A DNA stretch of 64,000 nucleotides from the sequence record MK327936.1. The stretch is one strand, 5' to 3'. The DNA comes from Escherichia phage vB_EcoM_G2540. The notes below the pieces were generated by a model, which was not told the DNA's origin, made no database searches, and worked only from the letters and a program-made list of their open reading frames with translations. Below are positions 9,808-19,390 of the stretch, piece by piece; position 1 is the first letter of the stretch; every line of letters begins with the position of its first letter. Both the position numbers and the translations under genes were made by a program.

Positions 9808-10024
9808 TGTAAACTGATTTTTTCAACTTTCTTACTTCACCACGTAATTGGCGATTTAGCTCATCTTTAACTTCTGAATCAATACCTTTCATTCTACGCC
9901 ATTTATCTGAGCGAAAAATGTTTTCAACCATATCTTTATGACTTACCCCATCAGGAGCTTTACGCTTTCCGAAATAGTCATAATCACGCACTTTTAAGTC
10001 TTTACGACGATACGTTTTACCCAT
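9731..10024 (-). CDS. Hypothetical basic protein (start taken at internal Met)
   Basis: ORF track 9731..10063 trimmed to Met 14. Confidence 0.3.
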   Translation of the reverse strand: MGKTYRRKDLKVRDYDYFGKRKAPDGVSHKDMVENIFRSDKWRRMKGIDSEVKDELNRQLRGEVRKLKKSVYIDDDFDYNTSQRVAKRKSNECYRYS

Positions 10025-10199
10025 GGAGTTTAATTTCCTTAGCAACTGAACTAAATGCAGCACGATCGCAAATCATGCGTTTATGTAACTTGAGTATAAT
10101 ATAGCAAACTTCAAAACTATTTACATGAGTAACACGAACAGCATTACCATTAATGAGATAATACTGTCCCTTTTTAATTTCTTTATCAACCATAACCAT
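10017..10199 (-). CDS. Hypothetical small protein, first gene after an early promoter
   Basis: 60-aa ORF starting about 30 nt downstream of promoter 10230..10259. Confidence 0.35.
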   Translation of the reverse strand: MVMVDKEIKKGQYYLINGNAVRVTHVNSFEVCYIILKLHKRMICDRAAFSSVAKEIKLHG

Positions 10200-10229
10200 A
10201 TCAATTCCTCAAAGGTAATTCATATGTTA

Positions 10230-10259
10230 ATAATACCACGGTTTGAACTTGTTGTAAAC
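10230..10259 (-). promoter_or_regulatory. T4-type early promoter
   Basis: Minus strand GTTTACA-17 nt-TATTAT with A/T-rich TTTTTCACAAAGTT upstream. Confidence 0.6.
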
Positions 10260-10340
10260 AACTTTGTGAAAAATATTTCAGGGAATGATAAGAAAGGAAC
10301 GATAGCTTAGAATGGTAATATACAGAATGTAAGAAAGAAA

Positions 10341-10357
10341 GGCCCAGAGGGCCCATC
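10341..10357 (-). terminator. Putative terminator after nrdH
   Basis: GGCCC..GGGCC hairpin followed by TTTCTTTCTT on minus strand. Confidence 0.4.
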
Positions 10358-10681
10358 TTAGTCTTCTATGATATCTCTATCATATCCAAGTGAAATGAGA
10401 GTTTCTTTGAAGTGTTTAATGTTCTTTTGTCTGGAATCATTAATGAAAATGACTGGATAACGAATGTTAAGAGATGTGAATCCAGCGCGTTTAGCAAGAG
10501 ATACAATCAGTTGACGATCATACTCAATCTTACCATTATTAGTAAGAACTTTATAAAAAGTAAAAGGAACATTGAGCTCCTTTAGAAGTTTTGTAACTGA
10601 TTGACATCCAGGACAACGACCTACTTCATCTGGAATTCCATAGACTTCAATCTTATTCTTTAAGTTCGAGTTTTGTTCCAC
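10358..10681 (-). CDS. nrdH: Glutaredoxin-like protein NrdH, probable GTG start
   Basis: CPGC redox motif in VYGIPDEVGRCPGCQS; AAGGAA Shine-Dalgarno 9 nt upstream of in-frame GTG at 10681; the longer ORF-track form overlaps the upstream gene. Confidence 0.6.
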   Translation of the reverse strand: MEQNSNLKNKIEVYGIPDEVGRCPGCQSVTKLLKELNVPFTFYKVLTNNGKIEYDRQLIVSLAKRAGFTSLNIRYPVIFINDSRQKNIKHFKETLISLGYDRDIIED

Positions 10682-10964
10682 GAGAAATAATTCCTTGGTA
10701 AGCCCAATAAGGAGGATTAACAGAATCCTCACCAGAGTTTTCTTCAGGAAAATAAACCTGGATAACGAAGCCGGATTCATCAAAGGTAAAATAAACCGTA
10801 GGCAGTTCACCTAACAAATCGGCACGAGCGTTGATTTCGTCGAGGTCTTGTTCACGTCCAGCCCAGAAGCTTGGGTTCAGACTACATTCATAGAAATAAT
10901 AGTCATTACCGAACATATCAAAACCATTCCAACTCTCTACTACATACCGCTCAAAACTAATCAT
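10653..10964 (-). CDS. Hypothetical protein
   Basis: 103-aa ORF. Confidence 0.4.
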   Translation of the reverse strand: MISFERYVVESWNGFDMFGNDYYFYECSLNPSFWAGREQDLDEINARADLLGELPTVYFTFDESGFVIQVYFPEENSGEDSVNPPYWAYQGIISRGTKLELKE

Positions 10965-10966
10965 AA

Positions 10967-11182
10967 TTAATCCTTTTTATCAAGAACCGCATTCAGCTTG
11001 TTAGTAATTTTATCCAGACGCTCATTGAACTCACTAGAAGATAAGCCCTTTTCTGGAGAAATTAAACTAATCACGAAAAATACAACAATAAAAGGAATAA
11101 GAAAAATAGCTCCAACCGCCATAAACAGAAAGAACGTTACAGTTGTAAGAAAATCAGCTAAACCTTTACGAAATTTATACAT
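10967..11182 (-). CDS. Small membrane protein
   Basis: 71 aa with a long hydrophobic stretch FLTTVTFFLFMAVGAIFLIPFIVVFFVISLI. Confidence 0.4.
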   Translation of the reverse strand: MYKFRKGLADFLTTVTFFLFMAVGAIFLIPFIVVFFVISLISPEKGLSSSEFNERLDKITNKLNAVLDKKD

Positions 11183-11297
11183 ATTTTACCCTTAATTGAT
11201 TAACCAAGCATTGATAAGCACTAAACTATATTGCGAATAAAATTCTGGACCAAAATGAAAAATCATATCATTTATAGTGTCCATAATATAATTCAAT

Positions 11298-11768
11298 TTA
11301 ATCATGTTTCCACACCCCATCGGTATTTGACCAAAGTCGCTGATTATCTGATCCTCGCCACAGCTTTTTAGTCGGAAGATTTTTCTCATACTTCCCATCA
11401 ATAATAACATCAACATATTTAAGCATTTCTAGTTGTTTAATATCTTCAAACTTATATCCTGTCCACAACCAAATGCTTTTATTGGGATAAAGATTTTTTA
11501 CTGTTTGAACCACAGAGTGAATCACGTCTCTGTTATCAGGATAAAGAGGGTCACCTCCGGTTATAGTTAATCCTTCTATATAATCATTATTCAAACATTC
11601 AATTAATTGTTCTAGTGTTTCACCAGTGAATGGAATACCATTTCTAGCATTCCATGTTGATTTATTATAACACCCTTCGCATTTATGCAAACAACCTGTA
11701 ACGAAAAGAACGACCCTGCATCCAGGGCCATTCACAAAATCGCAAGGATAAAATCTATCATAATTCAT
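11298..11768 (-). CDS. nrdG: Anaerobic ribonucleotide reductase activating protein (radical SAM)
   Basis: 156 aa; Cys cluster CLHKCEGCYN; adjacent to nrdD; size matches T4 NrdG. Confidence 0.9.
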   Translation of the reverse strand: MNYDRFYPCDFVNGPGCRVVLFVTGCLHKCEGCYNKSTWNARNGIPFTGETLEQLIECLNNDYIEGLTITGGDPLYPDNRDVIHSVVQTVKNLYPNKSIWLWTGYKFEDIKQLEMLKYVDVIIDGKYEKNLPTKKLWRGSDNQRLWSNTDGVWKHD

Positions 11769-13582
11769 TGGTGTTTAACCCTATGCATGATTTCTTTATT
11801 TTTACCGAGATTAAATCCGCGTTCGTTCGGATTTCCCAAATAACCACATGTTCTTCTTATTGTGTTCATCTTTTTAGGATCAGTTTCTCCACAAATAGAA
11901 CAAACAAATCCGTTTTCAGTAGGAGTCATTTCATGGGTACTTCCACATGTAAAACATTTATCTACTGGCATATTAACACCAAAATAATCTAAATGTTGTG
12001 CAGCATAATCCCATACGGCCTCAAGGCCTTTCAAGTTATTTTTCATATCAGGAAGTTCAACATAAGAAATGTGACCACCTGTCGCAATGAAATGATATGG
12101 CGCTTCACGAGAAATCTTTTCAAACGGAGTAATATTTTCTTCTACTGAAACGTGGAAACTGTTAGTGTACCAGCCTTTATCGGTAACATCTTTTACACTT
12201 CCATATTTTTCTGTATCAAGTTTACAGAAGCGATAACAAAGGTTTTCAGCAGGAGTAGAATACAAACTAAAAGCAAACTCAGTTCTTTCAGTCCACTGTT
12301 TAAGACGAGCATTCATTTTAGTTAAAATTTCTCGTCCAATATCACGACCGACAAGAATATTCAATTCGTGAATACCAATGTATCCTAGAGACACTGAACT
12401 TCTACCATTTTTAAATAACTCAATTATATCGTCATCAGGTTTAAGACGAACCCCGAATGCACCTTCTTGGTAAAGAATAGGAGCAACAGTCGCTTTAACT
12501 CCTTTTAAGGAACTAATTCTACACATCAATGCTTCAAAACATAAATCCATTCGTTCATTGAACAATTCAACAAATTTCTGTTCATTGAATTGTGTTCCAA
12601 TATAAGAATCTAACGCGATACGAGGAAGATTCAGTGTTACAACACCGAGATTATTACGTCCATCAAGAATTTCATTACCAGTCGAATCTTTCCATACGCT
12701 CAAGAAACTACGGCAACCCATTGGAGAAACAGGAATAGATGAGCCGGTGATAGCTTTATTGTTCTTAGCTGAAATAATATCAGGATACATTCTTTTGCTT
12801 GCGCACTCTAGAGCAAGCTGTTTAATATCATAGTTCGGATCGTCTTTATAAAGATTAACACCTTCTTCAACAAACATAACAAGCTTAGGGAAAATAGGAG
12901 TTATCCCATCACGACCAAGACCTTTAATACGATTTTTCAGAATTGCTTTCTGAATCATTCGTTCAGTCCAGTCAGTTCCTGTACCAAATGTAATTGTTAC
13001 AAAAGGTGTTTGTCCGTTTGAACTAAAGAGAGTATTTACTTCATATTCATAAGCTTGGAATGCATCGTATACATCTTTTTCTGTTTTAGATTGAGCATAA
13101 TTCAACGCATCAGCGATTTGCCATTTTTCTGCATCCTCAATATGTTTTGCATAGGTGCGTTTAACATAAGGAGAAAGTACTTTATCTACATTAGCAAAAG
13201 TCGTTCCGCCGTATTGATGGGAAGCAACCTGTGCAGTAATTTGTGCCATAATTGCAGTAGCAACACCGATTGATTTAGGAGTTTCAATCTGTGCATTACC
13301 AAGCTTAAATCCATTCTCAAGCATTCCTTTTAAATCTACTAAACAACAATTAGTAAATGGAAGAGCAGGGGAATAATCAATATCGTGGAAATGAATAATT
13401 CCGCTTTCATGCGCTTTCATAATAAAAGACGGGACCATATTTTTGGCAATGTGTTTAGACACAATACCAGCCATAAGGTCCCGTTGAGTTGGAAAAACAC
13501 GAGAATCTTTATTAGCATTCTCGTTTAAAAGGTCTTTATTAGTTTTATGAATCAATCCTTCAATTTCTTTTTCAATTGTCAT
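11765..13582 (-). CDS. nrdD: Anaerobic ribonucleoside-triphosphate reductase, uninterrupted (no intron)
   Basis: Continuous 605-aa ORF; C-terminal glycyl-radical region RRTCGYLG and Cys cluster CFTCGS...CSICG. Confidence 0.9.
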   Translation of the reverse strand: MTIEKEIEGLIHKTNKDLLNENANKDSRVFPTQRDLMAGIVSKHIAKNMVPSFIMKAHESGIIHFHDIDYSPALPFTNCCLVDLKGMLENGFKLGNAQIETPKSIGVATAIMAQITAQVASHQYGGTTFANVDKVLSPYVKRTYAKHIEDAEKWQIADALNYAQSKTEKDVYDAFQAYEYEVNTLFSSNGQTPFVTITFGTGTDWTERMIQKAILKNRIKGLGRDGITPIFPKLVMFVEEGVNLYKDDPNYDIKQLALECASKRMYPDIISAKNNKAITGSSIPVSPMGCRSFLSVWKDSTGNEILDGRNNLGVVTLNLPRIALDSYIGTQFNEQKFVELFNERMDLCFEALMCRISSLKGVKATVAPILYQEGAFGVRLKPDDDIIELFKNGRSSVSLGYIGIHELNILVGRDIGREILTKMNARLKQWTERTEFAFSLYSTPAENLCYRFCKLDTEKYGSVKDVTDKGWYTNSFHVSVEENITPFEKISREAPYHFIATGGHISYVELPDMKNNLKGLEAVWDYAAQHLDYFGVNMPVDKCFTCGSTHEMTPTENGFVCSICGETDPKKMNTIRRTCGYLGNPNERGFNLGKNKEIMHRVKHQ

Positions 13583-14052
13583 TTTAAACTCTTTCTAAGC
13601 TGCTTCTTAAATGAAGCTATTAATTGTGTTTTGGTGTCAGATTCATTATATTCAAATCCTCTTTGAAGCATCTCGGCCATCATTTCCTCTTTTCCTAAAC
13701 GAGAAAATTCCTTTGATTTATCTCCAACGAAGTTAGGGTGAATATTATTTTGGGTGTAATCGGATTTTAAATAAGTAAGTAAATTTTCTAACCATTCAAG
13801 ATAATCAACGCCTTGTCCCTTTAAACCAGAGCGATTAAATTTATGTTTCATTTGACCTTCTGCAGCATTGCAGAGATTACAAAGCAATCCACGTACCTTT
13901 CCTGCTTTTGGTCCATTTAATTCATGGTCATGATCGAGGTGATTAGCTTGAACATCAGGATTTAGTTCTCGTTGGCAAATTAAGCATTTACCGTTTTGTG
14001 CATCATAAAATTTCTGTTTTTCTTCTTTATATAATTTGCCAGTCAATAACAT
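13579..14052 (-). CDS. 49: Endonuclease VII (Holliday junction resolvase)
   Basis: 157 aa; CLICQRELNPD...HLDHDHEL zinc/HNH-like motif; size matches T4 gp49. Confidence 0.9.
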   Translation of the reverse strand: MLLTGKLYKEEKQKFYDAQNGKCLICQRELNPDVQANHLDHDHELNGPKAGKVRGLLCNLCNAAEGQMKHKFNRSGLKGQGVDYLEWLENLLTYLKSDYTQNNIHPNFVGDKSKEFSRLGKEEMMAEMLQRGFEYNESDTKTQLIASFKKQLRKSLK

Positions 14053-14094
14053 AATAAAACCCTTACCTTAAATAGATAAGGGTATTTATTATTT

Positions 14095-14598
14095 TCAAGT
14101 ATTGTAAAACATTTGATGCAATCGCTTATATTGCCGAATCATTTGGTCAGAAAAAGAAATTTGAGTTTCAAGCCATTCAATGTATTCTGCGGCAGCTTGC
14201 ATCAGGTTACCTTCATAGCCATCGTTATTTTCTTGTGCAGCTAATTTAGCTAATGCGTATGAAATACGTTCACCTTGAAAATCGGCTTTAGGCTTCTGAA
14301 CAACTTGATTAGTTCGCTCTACAACTTCTTCAATTTCGCCATTTTCGACTGATTCAGTATTCCACAAACACCAATACGTAATTGGCTTATCGTAGATGTT
14401 AATAATCTTTCCATCAGAAAGTTCAATTTCAATAATTCCAGTATCAGGTTCTATATCATCTTCACATTCTTTTGCAAGTTCACGAACTTTAAAGACAGTA
14501 CCTGCACTAAGTTCCGGCCAGTAATTACACAGCCCTGTATCAGCACGATTAATTCTAAACCACTTATCTACTGTAATCATGTCCCATCTCCATATCAA
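14095..14598 (-). CDS. Hypothetical protein (position of T4 pin; identity not confirmed)
   Basis: 167-aa ORF next to gene 49. Confidence 0.3.
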   Translation of the reverse strand: MIWRWDMITVDKWFRINRADTGLCNYWPELSAGTVFKVRELAKECEDDIEPDTGIIEIELSDGKIINIYDKPITYWCLWNTESVENGEIEEVVERTNQVVQKPKADFQGERISYALAKLAAQENNDGYEGNLMQAAAEYIEWLETQISFSDQMIRQYKRLHQMFYNT

Positions 14599-14703
14599 TT
14601 AAGTCATTTATCGTTGGTTCATTATACACCGTTTCTTCATCAGTGTAAACCGGTTCTTCCGGCTCTGGCTCTACAGTTTCCCATCTAGCCGCCCACCAAG
14701 GTT

Positions 14704-15024
14704 TTATAGCGTAATCCATTCTCTTACTGTCTGAGTTACTACACGTTCTCGAAGCTCAACCAGTTCAACGGTAGGAACTGCATAATACCAATCAGAATGG
14801 TAAGAACCTGAGCGAGATTCATTTACAGCCACATGTACATTATGTTTTGGACTAAAATAAACACACTGACGATATTGGCATTTACCATCTTGCACCCAGT
14901 CTTCTATTTCGACAGGTTTAAGATAATCGGAAAAATCGAAATCATAGTTTTCTGAAAATGCATCATGGTCTTCAATGATTTCACTCAGAACTGCATCAAC
15001 ATCTAATTTATTTTCAATAGTCAT
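14704..15024 (-). CDS. Hypothetical protein
   Basis: 106-aa acidic ORF. Confidence 0.4.
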   Translation of the reverse strand: MTIENKLDVDAVLSEIIEDHDAFSENYDFDFSDYLKPVEIEDWVQDGKCQYRQCVYFSPKHNVHVAVNESRSGSYHSDWYYAVPTVELVELRERVVTQTVREWITL

Positions 15025-15034
15025 TTTTCACCAA

Positions 15035-15244
15035 TTAATTTCGCAATTTATTAAGTTCTTCATAATCAATCCAGGATTCTAATCCTGATGGCAAATCAGA
15101 TTCAATTTCCCAAAGAAGTTCTTCAATTTTATGAAGACGATCTAGTTCTTCAGCAGGAATAGTAACCATTGACGGAGCTCTTGCTACATTAATATCGTAA
15201 ATCATATTTACCCCAGTTTGACCATACAATCGCCGTATTTCCAC
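15035..15244 (-). CDS. Hypothetical small protein
   Basis: ORF track. Confidence 0.35.
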   Translation of the reverse strand: MEIRRLYGQTGVNMIYDINVARAPSMVTIPAEELDRLHKIEELLWEIESDLPSGLESWIDYEELNKLRN

Positions 15245-15423
15245 TTAGAAATAGACTTTTCACCGTTAGAATAATAAACTTCAAGTTTAGCACGATTATT
15301 TTTAATTTGAATAACCTTTGCTGTCATCAAAGTTCCATACCCATAATAAACTGCAACTTCATCACCTACATATACCGCGCTTCCGCGGTAATCGTGAATA
15401 TAGTCAGTTCCTTCGAGCATCAT
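15208..15423 (-). CDS. Hypothetical small protein
   Basis: ORF track; ATGA-type overlap with nrdC. Confidence 0.35.
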   Translation of the reverse strand: MMLEGTDYIHDYRGSAVYVGDEVAVYYGYGTLMTAKVIQIKNNRAKLEVYYSNGEKSISKWKYGDCMVKLG

Positions 15424-15683
15424 TTAAAATATTCTCGCAGTTGGTCAAATCCACCAATATGACTTCCATCAGGAGCAAATACTTGTGGCATTGTCAAACC
15501 AATTTGAGTATCACGACCTAGTTTAGCCAGAAGCTCAGCGATTTTCTCATCATCAAAAACACCTTTTTCCGGCATAATGTTGATAAATTCAAACGGCTGT
15601 TTCTTCACGGTCAAAAGACGTTTTGCATTATCGCAATACACACATTTATGAATGTTGCTATCATAACCATATACTTTAAACAT
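15420..15683 (-). CDS. nrdC: Thioredoxin/glutaredoxin NrdC
   Basis: 87 aa; MFKVYGYDSNIHKCVYCDNAKRLL matches recalled T4 thioredoxin with CVYC active site. Confidence 0.9.
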   Translation of the reverse strand: MFKVYGYDSNIHKCVYCDNAKRLLTVKKQPFEFINIMPEKGVFDDEKIAELLAKLGRDTQIGLTMPQVFAPDGSHIGGFDQLREYFK

Positions 15684-15684
15684 A

Positions 15685-15927
15685 TTATTCCTTAATTCCT
15701 AGTACTCGTTTAAAAGTCTCGTCGTAATCAAGACTTTGGCCCGTTTGTTCTTTATGTTTGTATATAATATCACTTACTTCTGATAGCATATTTTTATATG
15801 AACGAGTTAAAGCAGATTTAAGCACGCTGTATCTATCAGGAAATTTACCATGTTCATTATAATACGCTATTGCTAATTCACGGACTGCCTTTTCAGCAGT
15901 CTCCATATATTCTTTACGCTTTGTCAT
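15685..15927 (-). CDS. Hypothetical protein
   Basis: 80-aa ORF. Confidence 0.4.
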   Translation of the reverse strand: MTKRKEYMETAEKAVRELAIAYYNEHGKFPDRYSVLKSALTRSYKNMLSEVSDIIYKHKEQTGQSLDYDETFKRVLGIKE

Positions 15928-15929
15928 TT

Positions 15930-16319
15930 TTAATCCAAAATATTATTAGGCATTGGTTGAACACTCACAAGTTCTTTAAAGAACTCAGTAGAATCAGGCA
16001 ATTTAACCATTTCCGGAGCATGCTTACTGAATTTATGTTTACATTGACGGCATTTATATTCAAGCTCTGGTTTACGCCAGTTAATCAATTGAACTTGTTC
16101 AGTACCGCATTCAGGGCAATTAGGAACGTTTTTAGAAGCTCTTTCACGTCGTTCAACCATAGCCATAATAGCATCCCATGCTGGAGGTTTAAAATCTAAA
16201 TCGTCGCAGCCGTGAATCTTTCCACGCATTTCCATATCATCTTCCTCACCAGCCATAATAATTTTAATTAAACTGGAATTACTTGAAGCTGCAATGTCTT
16301 CTAATAAACGCTTTTTCAT
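15930..16319 (-). CDS. Zinc-ribbon protein
   Basis: 129 aa; CPECG...CRQCKH paired Cys motifs. Confidence 0.4.
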   Translation of the reverse strand: MKKRLLEDIAASSNSSLIKIIMAGEEDDMEMRGKIHGCDDLDFKPPAWDAIMAMVERRERASKNVPNCPECGTEQVQLINWRKPELEYKCRQCKHKFSKHAPEMVKLPDSTEFFKELVSVQPMPNNILD

Positions 16320-17245
16320 TTCAATACCTCAATAGCATTACGTAAACCATTTGCTTTTGCATTAAGAGCTTTTAACAATTTGGTGTGTTCTGCAATTTGG
16401 GCTTCAACTCCAATCAAACGGGCATTGAGATATTCACGTTCTTCACTCAGATTATCAACCTTTTCTACTTTAGGCTCTTTTACAACTGTCTTATATGTAT
16501 TAGGGTTCTTCAGTTTAATTAGAATGCGTGAACTGTATAACATTGAATCATTATCTTCGGTTTCGTCATACATTTCTACTACATCCATAATTTTTAACAT
16601 CATGCGGAGTTTATAAGACAACGAACGAATAGTTTTGTTGTGCTTATTAATTTCTTTAGCTGTCATGGTGCCGAGATTACGTGAGTAATAATAAGGAACC
16701 TGGATATTAATTAATACTGATGAACCACCTGGCTTGTGTGTTACTTCATCAGCAATAACCCAGTCCTTAACATGAACTGTATTTGTACGGTCATCACCCG
16801 CGGTAAACAGTTTGCGAGCATGCTTAAAAAGCATATTCACTTGGTCATTGAATTGACAAGCAAATTTATCAGCAAATTTAGTTTCAGGAATGGTAGATAA
16901 CCAATCAGCCAAATGAGTCTTTTTAACATCGTTAACAATAGTAAATTCAACCAAATCGGTTATAGATGTCTCAGATTTAATAAAGCTCGGCTTCATAAAG
17001 TTTTTAATGTTATCGTGAGCTACAGTAGAAGATAACATACGAGAACGTTTAAACCATTCAAGCAAATTACCTAACGAATGAGAATAAGCGTTTTGAGTAT
17101 CTTTACAGATATGATTTTCCTGGCCAACATATTGAAGGAAATCACGAAGAATATTATTGATTACTGCTCTGTGTCCTATCTGATAATTACGGTGTTTAGT
17201 AATAAGACTGTCAAAATAATCAATATAATGTTTACGAGTTTTCAT
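16316..17245 (-). CDS. Uncharacterised protein with C-terminal coiled coil (tandem set member 1)
   Basis: 309 aa; starts MKTR; last ~40 aa heptad-like ([37 protein letters not shown]). Confidence 0.5.
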   Translation of the reverse strand: MKTRKHYIDYFDSLITKHRNYQIGHRAVINNILRDFLQYVGQENHICKDTQNAYSHSLGNLLEWFKRSRMLSSTVAHDNIKNFMKPSFIKSETSITDLVEFTIVNDVKKTHLADWLSTIPETKFADKFACQFNDQVNMLFKHARKLFTAGDDRTNTVHVKDWVIADEVTHKPGGSSVLINIQVPYYYSRNLGTMTAKEINKHNKTIRSLSYKLRMMLKIMDVVEMYDETEDNDSMLYSSRILIKLKNPNTYKTVVKEPKVEKVDNLSEEREYLNARLIGVEAQIAEHTKLLKALNAKANGLRNAIEVLK

Positions 17246-17297
17246 GTTCTTCTCACTTGGTTAATGGTTTATACTCCGAGCCATCCTTGGCTTTAAA

Positions 17298-18329
17298 TTA
17301 CTTAATTAACTGTAAAGCTTGTTCAAGACGATCAAGACGATTAACGGATTCTTCCCAAATCTTTTTAGCCTGCTCATATTCTTTCTGCGCTTTATTAGAA
17401 ATTTCTAGAACTTCTTTATAAGCTTTTTCTAGTGCAATAACTTCTGGACGAATTTCTACCGGTTCAGGAGAATCATCAAGATTATCCATTAGTTCCTCAA
17501 GGGTAGTTTCTTCTTTAGGAGTATTCACAATTTCATCACATTTTTGTTGGTAAATTTCTTTATCAGTCGGTGAGTACGCACACTTTACTTCACGAAGACT
17601 AATTATAATTTTATATCCTTCCCATCCACACATATTTTTGAAAGGATATGTATGAATACTTTTTACAGTTTCCATACAGCCCAAAGCCGTCTCTAATTGA
17701 TGAGTTATAGTGCTAGCAATTGAGAAAAATTTATTAATGTTCTTTTGGTTAGTTTCTGGTGTAAAAAATCCATAATTCACAAAAATAGCTACTTTATTTT
17801 TATCAAGTTCATATTCTTTTATGATAATCATATCAGAAGCCAAAGGATGAATTTGACGATAATCGCCATAGCATAATTTAGAAGCTGATTTTAGAATTTG
17901 CTTCTTAAAAAGTCTGAAATTACTAATCCAACGACGAGTAAAAATATTCTCAGGGTCTTCTTTATTATTAAGATGATAAGAATTAACATCACCGAACCAA
18001 TTATATCCTACTACATCTTTGGTTCGTTTAATTTCTTTCCCAAAATTACCAAGAATATCCCGATTAACCAAATATGAAAGAAGACGAGACTCTTTAAAGG
18101 TTTTCTTGATAACATCTTTATCTACACGGCTAGAAATTTTACGAATTTCATGAATAAATTTAGTAGAAGAAACAATACTTGCATCAACACTATTGAGCCA
18201 TTGATTGATAATAGAAAGAACGATATTTTGACCAAACATCGGTATAGCTTTATCATCAATAACGCTATTGAATGATTTGATATATTCGTTACGAGTCATA
18301 TTAATCTCCTCATTAGAAAGTAAGAACAT
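17298..18329 (-). CDS. Uncharacterised protein with C-terminal coiled coil (tandem set member 2)
   Basis: 343 aa; C-terminal ALEKAYKEVLEISNKAQKEYEQAKKIWEESVNRLDRLEQALQLIK. Confidence 0.5.
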   Translation of the reverse strand: MFLLSNEEINMTRNEYIKSFNSVIDDKAIPMFGQNIVLSIINQWLNSVDASIVSSTKFIHEIRKISSRVDKDVIKKTFKESRLLSYLVNRDILGNFGKEIKRTKDVVGYNWFGDVNSYHLNNKEDPENIFTRRWISNFRLFKKQILKSASKLCYGDYRQIHPLASDMIIIKEYELDKNKVAIFVNYGFFTPETNQKNINKFFSIASTITHQLETALGCMETVKSIHTYPFKNMCGWEGYKIIISLREVKCAYSPTDKEIYQQKCDEIVNTPKEETTLEELMDNLDDSPEPVEIRPEVIALEKAYKEVLEISNKAQKEYEQAKKIWEESVNRLDRLEQALQLIK

Positions 18330-18356
18330 TATACCACATCCTTGTGGCGAAGTAAA

Positions 18357-19382
18357 CTAGTTTAGTGCATTTAGTGCATTGTTCAGTTTAGAACGTTGCT
18401 TTGTCAGATTTTGAACCCTTGACTGAGCTTGTTCTAACACCTTTTCAGCTTCTAGCACTTCATTGGTCGCTTTAACGAGTTCATCATCTACTGCCTTAAG
18501 AGACTTCTCAATCGCGCCAGCGTGCCATTTTTCTACAGGTTTAAGACTCGGATTTTCAACAGGAAGAAAATTCACTTTATTGAATTTCCATGCATCATTA
18601 TTACCTGAACTATACATCCAAAATTTAGAATCGTTTGATGAGCAATTGGATAAATTTAAATTTAAGTTATCTTGCACTTCTTGCTTTTTCTCTTGCGGGA
18701 CTTCGTCCTTTCTCAAAAAATCGTATTTAAATGAAACAATCATATCAAGTTCATATGTTGTCGTATCTAACTTAAATCGTTCAAAACGAGGTAAAATCTT
18801 AGATTGAACAGCAGCAACAACATCCATATACTTAAATGCTTCTGTCAACTGTGATTTAAGGCATTCACAAATTGAAAGAGAATTTTTTGTATTAGGTTTA
18901 AAGCTAATTCGTGCAGTTCTGTTATTTTCTTTTAATGGTCTTACTTCCATCTGAAGAGTATAACCATCAAATTTCAGATTCTTTAAGTTAATATCAGAAC
19001 CTTTTAATCGACTAGCCGTCGACAAAATTTGCTTTAATTGTTTACGGAATAGAGCAATAAATCTCCACTCAATACGATAATGATTTGGATTAAAAAATCC
19101 TGTTGATAAATCAACCTTACTCTGACCAACGCCTTGAACAAATAGAGGATTTTTATAATCAATAGTTTTACAGAAATCGGTGAGCTGCTCACGAGCCGTC
19201 ATTTGTGTAATATACCCCGCTTTACTAAAATGACGTAACCATTCACTGCTATTCATATATTTAAAGTGAATATCACGATTAACTTTATCAGGGTCTAAAT
19301 TATTTTGGCACAAAAATGTCATAACATCACGAGTATAACTGGCATTACGAACCATATCTTCAATTTGAGAACGAGTTTTCAT
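18357..19382 (-). CDS. Uncharacterised protein with C-terminal coiled coil (tandem set member 3)
   Basis: 341 aa; starts MKTR; C-terminal LEAEKVLEQAQSRVQNLTKQRSKLNNALNALN. Confidence 0.5.
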   Translation of the reverse strand: MKTRSQIEDMVRNASYTRDVMTFLCQNNLDPDKVNRDIHFKYMNSSEWLRHFSKAGYITQMTAREQLTDFCKTIDYKNPLFVQGVGQSKVDLSTGFFNPNHYRIEWRFIALFRKQLKQILSTASRLKGSDINLKNLKFDGYTLQMEVRPLKENNRTARISFKPNTKNSLSICECLKSQLTEAFKYMDVVAAVQSKILPRFERFKLDTTTYELDMIVSFKYDFLRKDEVPQEKKQEVQDNLNLNLSNCSSNDSKFWMYSSGNNDAWKFNKVNFLPVENPSLKPVEKWHAGAIEKSLKAVDDELVKATNEVLEAEKVLEQAQSRVQNLTKQRSKLNNALNALN

Positions 19383-19390
19383 GGTGTTCC

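Noticed and set aside
10358-10810. 150-aa form of the NrdH ORF with hydrophobic N-terminal extension
   Set aside because: The extension overlaps the upstream gene in another frame and lacks a ribosome-binding site; an in-frame GTG with a Shine-Dalgarno at 10681 gives a glutaredoxin-sized protein.
11765-13582. Group I intron with homing endonuclease inside nrdD, as in T4
   Set aside because: The nrdD ORF is continuous over 605 codons with no extra roughly 1 kb insert and no internal endonuclease ORF.
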